From Azolla caroliniana (Eukaryota; Plantae; Polypodiophyta), in assembly GCA_043228905.1 (NCBI GenBank), contig JBHGNT010000913.1, forward strand, positions 1 to 13,944: a stretch of DNA of 13,944 bases, in the 5' to 3' direction. The notes under the pieces were generated by a model. That model worked only from the letters and a program-made list of their open reading frames with translations, ran no database searches and had not been told where the DNA came from. Shown here in pieces: positions 1-7,562 of this stretch; positions within the stretch are counted from its first letter, which is position 1; each line of letters starts with the position of its first letter. Made by a program: the position numbers and the translations under genes.

Positions 1-536
1 AGTATTTCAATGAAGGTAGTTTTTGGACATAATTTGCCCAATATGTGTGATTTTTAATAGAATTGCAAACGTTTTTTTTATCTTCTTTTACATAACTCCA
101 ATGATGTTTTGTTTTTAATCTTCAATGTTGGGATCGATATAAATTTCGATGTGGGATGCGGTCCGCAATATGAGAATCTTTGTGAGAAATTAACGCATCA
201 ATTTGCCATGCCTCTAATCAACAATGTTGGATGCCATTATAGGAACTTATCTATCTTAATCTTATAGTAATTCGTACCTATTTTAATTTAACTAAAAAAT
301 TTCTCCATAGAGTACAATTCATGCACATAATATCAATGTGTATGTAGAACTCACTTGTTCTAATCTATATGGAAATGCCATTTAAGGATTGAGACATGTG
401 AAGCTTTGATTCATAAGGAATCAATTCAAAGATTTAGAATTTAAACCTTGGTATGCCGAATTTAATTTGCGTGTACATAAAACCTAAATTGTGTACTCCC
501 AATGTTAAACTTGGCTAAATTTGAAAAAATCATTTA

Positions 537-668
537 ACCAAAGTTCATGTCATAAAGTGAATTAAACTTGGTTAACCTACTATAATCACCAAAGTTCATG
601 TCATAAAGTGAATTAAACTTGGTTAACCTACTATAATCACCAAAGTTCATGTCATAAAGTGAATTAAA
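537..668. repeat. Tandem repeat, 51-bp unit, about 2.6 identical copies
   Basis: ACCAAAGTTCATGTCATAAAGTGAATTAAACTTGGTTAACCTACTATAATC starts at 537, 588 and 639; the third copy is truncated at 668. Confidence 0.95.
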
Positions 669-1476
669 TATTCAATACATTTTACTTACCCAAACAAAAT
701 AGAGTTTTGTCACGAGAAATATGCAATCATTACATATTGCTAGCAAAAAGTTAGATCAACCGAAGAAGATGAGAAATATGTGAAATCGTTGGTGTGACCT
801 AGCTTAGAGCCTTATAGAGAGAAATGAACCGATGGTGTGTCATATAAAAATATTACCCATGCACCTCGTACGTAACCTACCATTTTCTCCACTCTTGAAT
901 CTTGGGGTATTTTAAAAAATACCAACACTACTATGGTAAGAAGATTAGACCAAATAATCAATATTTCTAACTTTTTAAATTCTCTTCGGATCAAATCTGA
1001 TTTTTATTATTATTGGAGTGATAAGTTAATTAGTAAAATAGCTTGTTTTGATTAATTTCTTATCATTGTTTATAATTGTTGGTATTTTTGGCATTACCCC
1101 AAAATAGCATTTTTTGAGAATCTTAGGGTCCTTTTGAAACTTGATCTAAATAACTTTTTCAAACATGACTCATTCTCTAGAAGTTTGCTTATTTAATTTT
1201 TATTGTTATTGGTTTCTTTTTATTTGATTATTATGCATTGGATTGTCACGTAACTCAAGTTAGTAATAACATACGTACAGACACACGATGCAGAAGGTAG
1301 TGACGACCACCGAACAGGTGGTGTGTGGCATGAGCATCGTGACCATTGTGAGGGGTGCTTATAGCACGAACAAGAGGTCGGTTGCGGACCAGCCGCATAC
1401 ATCATCCATGGATGGCCTGTATACGTGAGCAGGGGAGTCCCCCCCAACTTTAGCCTCATCTATGTGACGAGACAGT

Positions 1477-1749
1477 TGATGGCGATAATAAGTAGAGATG
1501 TTGATGTGGAAGATGGTTAAGGACCTATCGATTAGTTTGGCAAACAACGTAAGTCGAGATATGCACGAACACACACAGATAGAGAGAGAGAGATGTGCTC
1601 AAAGAAAGATTATATATTACATTAACCCTCGAACTCCAAAAGTACACATTGTTACAATGTTAGGGTGAGCTTATATACTCAAGCCCTAGATCAAGAACGT
1701 GTTCACCCTTAGGATACATGGTAGAAGGAGTCGGCCTTTTATGCCAACA
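1477..1749 (-). repeat. 3' LTR of deleted copia element (273 bp)
   Basis: Homologous to 3438-3756; adjacent to the PPT; TATATAA on - strand near 1671-1677. Confidence 0.9.
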
Positions 1750-1751
1750 AA

Positions 1752-1758
1752 CTCCCCT
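1752..1758 (-). other. Polypurine tract of deleted copia element
   Basis: AGGGGAG on - strand, 2 nt before the LTR start TGTTGG. Confidence 0.75.
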
Positions 1759-2242
1759 GTAAAAGGACTACTCTTTTCTTTTTTAAATAAAGTGATATGG
1801 GGTTATCTCCCCCGTAAACCTAGATACATTTTTAATCTAAAGTTATAATTACATGTCGGTTAGCATATGGCCAAATTGGCAGAGGTAAAGTCGGAATCTA
1901 GCCTAATTCGGCTAGTGGTTCAGATCGTATGTCATTCGGGTCTGCTCGTCTGAGTTGGTCGGATTGACTTGTTTGAATTGTCTTGCATTAGAATAAGCTC
2001 GTTTGTCTGGATCGGCTCTTGTCCGATTTTGACTCTCGGCCTCAAGTCGATCGTCTACTTTCTGCTCGTGCTTGCTCCCGTGCTGCTCGCTGGATCCTCG
2101 ATCTGTCTTCAAGTTCATTCACCCCTTGATCGTCTCTTCTGCAGTCGGTATCCTTGCTCAATGCTGCATTTTTAGCCTCTTGGCATTCCGATTCTATAGA
2201 CTTTGCTCTTTTGGTTGGTCTAATCGGGTCGATCTTCGACTT

Positions 2243-2695
2243 ATGTTCTTGTTTGAATCCCTTTAAGACGAGCCGAGCTTTGTATTTGGGCTTTTCCGAA
2301 TCGGATACATGTTTGTATTTGAAGACCCATTTGTAGGGCAACAACTTCCTTCCACATGGTAATTCAACCAACTCCCATTTTTTATTTTCATGAATCAAGT
2401 CCATCTTAGATTTCATGGCTTGTCGCCATGTGTCGGCGTCTGGTGTGGCTATTGATTCCTCGTAGGGGCTCAGTTCGCCTACAGATTCCGTGTAATTGAC
2501 AAACTCTAGGCCCAATTGATAAAATTCTGTTGGCCTTCGGACTCGTCCGGATCTCCTGGGTGCCGATTTTGTTGGTTTGATTTCTTCAATTGGCTTGGTC
2601 GACCGATTGGTATTATTTGAACCGTCTTCAGGAGTCCTTTTGGATGACTCATTCCTGGAATAGGATTTCTGCGATTGTTTGGTCATCCTCCCCAA
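2243..2695 (-). pseudogene. Copia pol fragment: integrase-RT linker and RT N-terminus
   Basis: ORF 2042..2695 contains RRSGRVRRP, WRQAMKSKMDLIHENKKWELVELP, KWVFKYK and YKARLVLKGFKQE, typical of the copia RT (RVT_2) start; similarity stops after KGFKQEH. Confidence 0.9.
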
Positions 2696-2982
2696 CTTTG
2701 AGATTGATGGACATAAGGATTAGTTCCTTTGTTGGTTCGGTTCGGCCTCTTGGCACCGTAGCCTGTTTGGGCGAGTTGGTCATGTCGACTCTGTCATTTC
2801 GCCTCCTGTCAATCTTGTAGTCGAATCAATTTTGACTAGTGGACCTCTTGCCAATTTGGATTCGATAGAGTGATCATTGGCTTGGATTTCTTCGACAGTT
2901 TGTCGAATTGCCAATTCGGTCTAGTGGGTTAGTCCTTCTACGACATCTTTGTTGATTTCGACGGAAAACTTTTTGCTGACCG

Positions 2983-3423
2983 TGTTGTCGTGGAGGATTC
3001 CAACCACTAAGAGAAAGGGTTGTCGGATGCATGTGAAAATGGGGTGTGCATGTATGTGTGTGAACTCGATCTAATGTACAAACAAATGTTAATATCGGGG
3101 TATTAATAAGTACAAGGTAGGAGTGTTTAATAGGTATTTTTATGATCCTGCAAAAAGAGGGGAATATAGTGTGTGATGGCAGAGAATTGGGGGAGGATCT
3201 CTGACAAGAGTGGTTGTCATAACATAGGGTGAGGCCTCTACTTGCGTAGGAAGCCCGTGTACTCCTGACCAGAGGCTCGCTAGTCCGTGAGTGTGACTAT
3301 TGAGCTCGAAGCTCTGCTAACCGGTAGGTGGCCATCACTATCAACCGGTCTAGTCTGGTTTGTGACATATGACCGAGTCGGCCATGCCATAGGTTCGAGT
3401 CCCACGATTCGACTATGTTCACA
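2983..3423 (-). repeat. Putative foreign LTR (441 bp) embedded in the deleted copia element
   Basis: TGT...ACA termini, a TATA-like CTATATTCCCCTC on - strand near 3158-3170, and an LTR-like layout; no TSD found. Confidence 0.55.
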
Positions 3424-3435
3424 GCTCTGATACCA
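3424..3435 (-). other. Primer binding site, tRNA-iMet
   Basis: TGGTATCAGAGC on - strand, 2 nt from the LTR end at 3438. Confidence 0.95.
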
Positions 3436-3437
3436 CT

Positions 3438-3533
3438 TGATGGAGATAATATGTAGAGATGTTGGTGTAGAAGATGATTAAGAACTTGTCAATTAGTCTA
3501 GAAAACAATGTAAGTCGAGATAAGCATGAATAC

Positions 3534-3600
<67 letters not shown>

Positions 3601-3756
3601 ATGTGCTCAAAGAAAGACTATATATTACATTAACCCTCGAACTCCAGAAGTACATACGTTACAATGTTAGGGTGAGCTTATATACTCAAGCCCTAGATCA
3701 AGAACGTGTACACACTTAGGATACAAGGTAGAAGGAGTCAGCCTTTTATGCCAACA
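3438..3756 (-). repeat. 5' LTR of deleted copia element (319 bp, expanded GA tract)
   Basis: TG...CA termini, abuts the PBS, aligns with 1477-1749. Confidence 0.9.
3536..3601. repeat. (GA)n microsatellite within LTR
   Basis: About 66 bp of AG dinucleotide with one phase shift near 3581. Confidence 0.95.
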
Positions 3757-3761
3757 ACAAT

Positions 3762-5417
3762 TGACCTTGTGTTGACGGAGGAGGATAAAGTTATCGTGTT
3801 GGGGAAGGTACAACGGTTGGATGCATTTTTCTTGGTAGTGTAGGTCCAAGGTTCGTGACCTAATAGATCGAAACTCCGTCATATTTTATATGCTGCTTTT
3901 TCGGAGGAAGTGGATAACATCCTCGACATTCAATAGTTCACAGCTAGAGGATGCTATCATGTGGAACTTGTAGATGAGGAGTCCGTCATCAGGATATTAG
4001 TGATTAAGGAGGCGGGCATGGAAGGTGTGTGGGTTTCTTTTCATAAATGGTCGCATAAAGTTAAGGTGGATGAGATTTTGTAGGATCAGGAGTCTAGTAT
4101 GGTTTTTACGAATATATTCCCTGGTTTGAGGAAGGAGTGAAGGAATGTTCTTCCTCTCATTGGGTCTTTGTTAGGTAAAGTCATTGCGACGCATGATTGG
4201 ATAGATTTCTAAGACAAATAGAGTGGGTGAGGTCCCAACTATTCGGTTGCTCACACCAAAATCTCTTCGTTTGCCGACAACTATTTCTTTACCTAATATG
4301 CTTATAAATAAACCATTGGTTTTGAAAAAGGTGTATGATCAAGGTTTGCTTGATCAATGTTTAGTGTGCCGTCAGTTTGGTCATTTAGGTTGAGATTGTC
4401 AAAAGCGACGTTTGAATGTTGAAGCCCATTCACCTATTCTATCAGCTGCTAATAATGATGATTGGTCTACAGTTTTTGCAAAACATGTTTTTAAGTCGTC
4501 TAGTATGTTGGTTAATCCATTGTTATTACTTGAAGTTAACACTTATCACTCTTTGCAAGAAGTGGAAAAGGATGCAGGTATTAGTAAAGTGGATACGGTC
4601 TCTCCCCACCAGTTTTCACAAAGGAACATTGTGTGTAACATAATTCGCAGGACATACTTTTGCAAGTACAAACTTTAGAATCTATTTAATCAACTTAATA
4701 AGGGTAAACAATTTGTTTTCGATCAAGTACAACAAGATGATATGTCCCTAGTTCTAAATTATGTTATAAAAAATGAAGTGGTCAAGGTAGACCTTGCACA
4801 TGTTGACATGGATTGTGAGAATATAGTTGTTGTCACTTCAGCTACTAGGTCTTTTGATAGGGATTCTACAGTAGACAAGCACATGCCAATGCGTTCATAT
4901 AAGTTGAATGGAAAAGTCATTTGGTCTTGTTGAGAGACAAGCTCAAGATTCAGTGTGTAATCGGGTGCGTAAAACAGTTACGCACAACATGGCCATAACG
5001 GTGCGGACACCGAGAGGCCGTAAGAATGATATTTCTCGTAAGGAATAGTCTTGGGAGTAACTGTAGTAGGCTCATTTATGAGCAATCAAGTACTGTCAGT
5101 ACTTGTGTCAGCCCGATTAAGGGCATGTATAAGAAGTGCTCACTGAGCACGAAATATGTACAAAGCGTTATTATTTTTGAAATAGAACTGAGTTGTTTGC
5201 TCTCTCTCTCTCTCTCTCTCCCACTCCAGCTCCATCTGTGCATTTTCTGTGTTTCACCGAACTGTCGTTTTCCGAACTGTGTACTTTGTGTTTCGCATAC
5301 ACTTCTGCACACATATTCTTTTACAGGTCGAATAAGAGATAATTGTGGGCCTCAGAGGATGGAAGGAAGGGTAGAGATGTTGCACTTGCCAAAAGGAGAA
5401 TAGGCAAAAAAATATGA
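3762..5417 (+). pseudogene. LINE ORF1 remnant (DUF4283-like region plus zinc knuckle), multiple stops and frameshifts, split by a solo LTR
   Basis: Manual translation: DLVLTEEDKVIVLGKVQRLDAFFLVV*VQGS*PNRSKLRHIL...ARGCYHVELVDEESV...VSFHKWS...FPGLRKE*RNVLPLIGSLLGKVI...CLVCRQFGHLG*DC (knuckle 4358-4399). The frame ends at TGA 5415-5417. Confidence 0.8.
4928..5325 (+). mobile_element. Solo LTR (398 bp) inserted in LINE ORF1
   Basis: TGT...ACA termini, near-TSD GGTCT (4923-4927)/GGTCG (5326-5330), TATAAG at 5128 followed by a (CT)n tract; excision restores the ORF1 frame. Confidence 0.8.
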
Positions 5418-5687
5418 ATGATGGATAGGTTAAATATTATTTCATGGAATGTAAGGGGCTTAGGAGGCAGCCATTGTTGTAAAGTAAGAAGTGCTTTCCG
5501 TCGTCAGTTAAGGAAGTCTTTGATAGGTAGGATTGATGTACTTCTTATTCAAGAGCATCATTTATATGAGCAAAGGATTTAGAAATATGGAAACTTGTTG
5601 ACAAGCGAGTGGAGATAGTTCTAGGTGGCTAAAGTTGGTGATAATAGTTTGAAAACGGGACTTTGCATTGCAATAAATAATATTTGG
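5418..5687 (+). pseudogene. LINE ORF2 N-terminal AP-like endonuclease fragment
   Basis: MMDRLNIISWNVRGLGG...IDVLLIQEHHL...GLCIAI carries the SWNVRGL and D-x-x-x-x-QE motifs of APE domains; internal TAG stops; truncated near 5690. Confidence 0.9.
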
Positions 5688-5704
5688 TTGTTTTCTTTCG
5701 GGGG

Positions 5705-5795
5705 GAGGGGGTAAAACGAATACTTGACTACCCATTCGTATTCGTATTCGTTTGCATTCGAATGGGAAACCCCATGAATGCGAATATGTCAATCT
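5705..5795. mobile_element. Putative hAT (Ac/Ds-like) DNA transposon terminal fragment
   Basis: GAGGGGGTAAAACG resembles the Ac/Ds terminus TAGGGATGAAAACG; it is followed by clustered ATTCG/CGAAT subterminal-type motifs in both orientations. No second end or TSD found. Confidence 0.5.
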
Positions 5796-5799
5796 ATGG

Positions 5800-7050
5800 T
5801 ACTAAGCATCCAAACACCCTCAAGTGTCGGTAGGACACATCCTTTCTTGTCCACAACCTCAGTGGGACATCACCTTTCAATGGTACTGAGGGAGACCTGT
5901 TGATTTTCAACTTTAGTACAAAAGCCCACAACTTCTGACTGTAGTCATCAATGAACGTCACGAAGTAGTGCCCACCTCGATGCGATGGAGCATGTACATA
6001 ACACACATCCATGTGTACCTTTTTTCACTCATGTGACCTAGTCTCTTATGCCATAACTTTCCACTCAATTTGGCTACCACATTCACTTCCGACTTGAACA
6101 GTTGGGCATGCATCATATACAATGTGCCCTCTTTTTTTGCTCGGGCCACTATGAGGTTTCCTCAGCAAATCTTCCACTTGCCATTTCGAAAGCTACCATT
6201 GTAGCCTTCATCATCCAACCTTTCAGTTGATATTAGATTCAATATGATATCAGGGACATGTCGAACTTCCCATAGAGTCGGTCGACAACCTGTCGACATC
6301 ATCAAACTTACACTTCCTATGTCAGCTATCGTGCACTCCCCATTATCTCACCTCTTTACATAGCCATGGTTCCCAGCTATGTAAGTCGAGAAGCACTCTC
6401 TCGACGGAGTGATATGGAAGGATGCACCACATTCGATCACCCAGGTACACTCTTCACTTGCAAGATTTGTGCTTGCCTGCTCACAAATTAACAAGATCTC
6501 CTCTACACTCATAGCTACGATAGATGTGCCCTTTTCATTAGGAATCTTCCTGGGTTCGACATTATTACCGATTCCTTTGTCCTTCTTGAGGTGTCAGAAA
6601 TTCTTCTTGAAGTCTCCAAGTTTTCCATAGTAAAAGCATGTAAGCTTTCCTCTAGACTTGGATTTGGCTTCGGATTTGTCCCTCCTTTGTAGACTTCTTT
6701 GCTGGTTTCTTCCTCTATTGGTATGTTGAGTTAGGTTTGACTCCGACTAGGACAGAACACCCTTGTGCTTCCTTCTCGTCTCCTCGTTCAAGATGCTTAT
6801 CTTTACCACTTGTAGAGACAAGTTTTCTTCCTGACAGGAGGTGTTGAGAGTCATGATTAGATTCTCCTAGTTGTCCGACAGGGTACACAGTAGTAGGATG
6901 GCCTGCATTACATCCTCAAGGTGAAACTTGATTGCCACAAGTTGGTTCACATACCCCATGAATGTGCTTACATGCTCCACTATGCTTTCTCCATCCTTGT
7001 ATTTTAGCCTCACAATCTTCCTCATCAAAGATGTTTTGTTGAGGGCATTT
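5800..7050 (-). pseudogene. Copia gag C-part, protease, GAG-pre-integrase and deleted integrase
   Basis: NALNKTSLMRKIVRLKYKDGESIVEH...LLLCTLSDN*ENL (UBN2-type gag); degenerate knuckle CFYYGKLGDFKKNF; protease WVIECGASFH (DSGA decayed); LWHKRLGHMSEK; VHMDVC; YFVTFIDDYS; INRSPS; HLRVFGC. Confidence 0.92.
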
Positions 7051-7180
7051 TGTCATGATATGGCAAGACTCGAACCCATGACCTTAGGTTATATGGGTCG
7101 AGCTCTTGACCATTAGATCCTCTATTGTAATACGTAGGATATTATTTTCATTTACATTTTATTATAGGAAATTAGTGTAT

Positions 7181-7230
7181 ATTCCAGATTTCTCTGGAAC
7201 ATTCTAGAAGCTTCAGGATTACTCCTGAAA
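7181..7230 (+). promoter_or_regulatory. Heat-shock element array (10 in-phase nGAAn/nTTCn units); second copy at 12420-12469
   Basis: TTC-GAT-CTC-GAA-TTC-GAA-TTC-GAT-CTC-GAA at 5-bp spacing from 7182; perfect core GAAcaTTCtaGAAgcTTC at 7197-7214. Confidence 0.85.
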
Positions 7231-7234
7231 ACAC

Positions 7235-7241
7235 TATAAAA
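7235..7241 (+). promoter_or_regulatory. LTR TATA box (second copy 12474-12480)
   Basis: CTATAAAAG, 33 bp upstream of the segment complementary to the PBS. Confidence 0.8.
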
Positions 7242-7489
7242 GAGGGCACTAGGCATTATATTGAACCAAATTGGTTCAACGCCAGTCTTAAGCCTTTTTA
7301 GCCACCATTGTATATTCTCTTCATATAATACATATCTTTCTTATCATCACTCTCTCGATCTCTCGATCTCTCTCTTTCTCTCCGTCTCGCTCACTTCTTC
7401 CTTCTCTCGAAGAAGTTCCACACCTCTCATAGTACTAATCCTTCGTTTACTACTAATTCCTTCTCTGTCTCAGTACTGTTCCTGACAGT

Positions 7490-7501
7490 TTGAACCAATT
7501 T
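7490..7501 (+). other. Self-priming-type PBS
   Basis: TTGAACCAATTT, 2 nt after the LTR; it lacks the TGG start of a tRNA PBS and is the exact reverse complement of LTR 7268-7279. Confidence 0.8.
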
Positions 7502-7562
7502 TTTCCTACCTTCTGTCTCTCTCATTTCCTACTAATATTTTATTCCTCTTTTCTTTCATCCC

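Larger units (their letters stand above)
1477..3756 (-). mobile_element. Non-autonomous, internally deleted Ty1/copia LTR retrotransposon (2280 bp)
   Basis: Paired TG...CA LTRs at 1477-1749 and 3438-3756, a tRNA-iMet PBS, a PPT, a near-TSD ACAGT (1472-1476)/ACAAT (3757-3761), and a copia RT N-terminal fragment. Confidence 0.9.
1400..5690 (+). mobile_element. Decayed L1-clade LINE (ORF1 plus 5' part of ORF2), interrupted by LTR insertions; 5' boundary uncertain, 3' truncated
   Basis: Removing 1477-3756 and 4928-5325, each with one TSD copy, restores a stop-ridden ORF1-like frame with a CX2CX4HX4C knuckle, followed by an APE endonuclease N-terminus. Confidence 0.8.
7051..7487 (+). repeat. Gypsy 5' LTR (437 bp)
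   Basis: TGTCA...TGACA; direct repeat of 12290-12734. Confidence 0.97.

Noticed and set aside
537-668. CRISPR-like array
   Set aside because: Contiguous identical units with no unique spacers, no cas genes, and a eukaryotic context.
12-1140. Possible Mutator-like TIR ends at about 15-39 and 1081-1100
   Set aside because: Both are in the same orientation, with no partner inverted end or 9-bp TSD identifiable; too weak to call.
2042-2982. RT fragment as the missing continuation of the large copia (5800-13308)
   Set aside because: It is enclosed by a different LTR pair with its own PBS and TSD, unrelated to LTR 13055-13308.
3340-3423. Functional tRNA gene (also considered for 7055-7125)
   Set aside because: No acceptor stem or valid anticodon arm; kept only as a tRNA-like promoter module.
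3419-3719. ORFs with poly-SL or poly-ER tracts
   Set aside because: These are translations of the (GA)n microsatellite inside an LTR.
5026-5403. 125-aa ORF and apparent intron acceptor TTTTACAG/G
   Set aside because: Lies in the solo LTR and crosses its boundary; the CAG is the LTR end plus the TSD.
5688-5692. TTGTT as TSD partner of TTGTA (13309-13313) for the large copia
   Set aside because: No 3' LTR adjoins it, and the sequence right of 13313 does not continue the LINE endonuclease.
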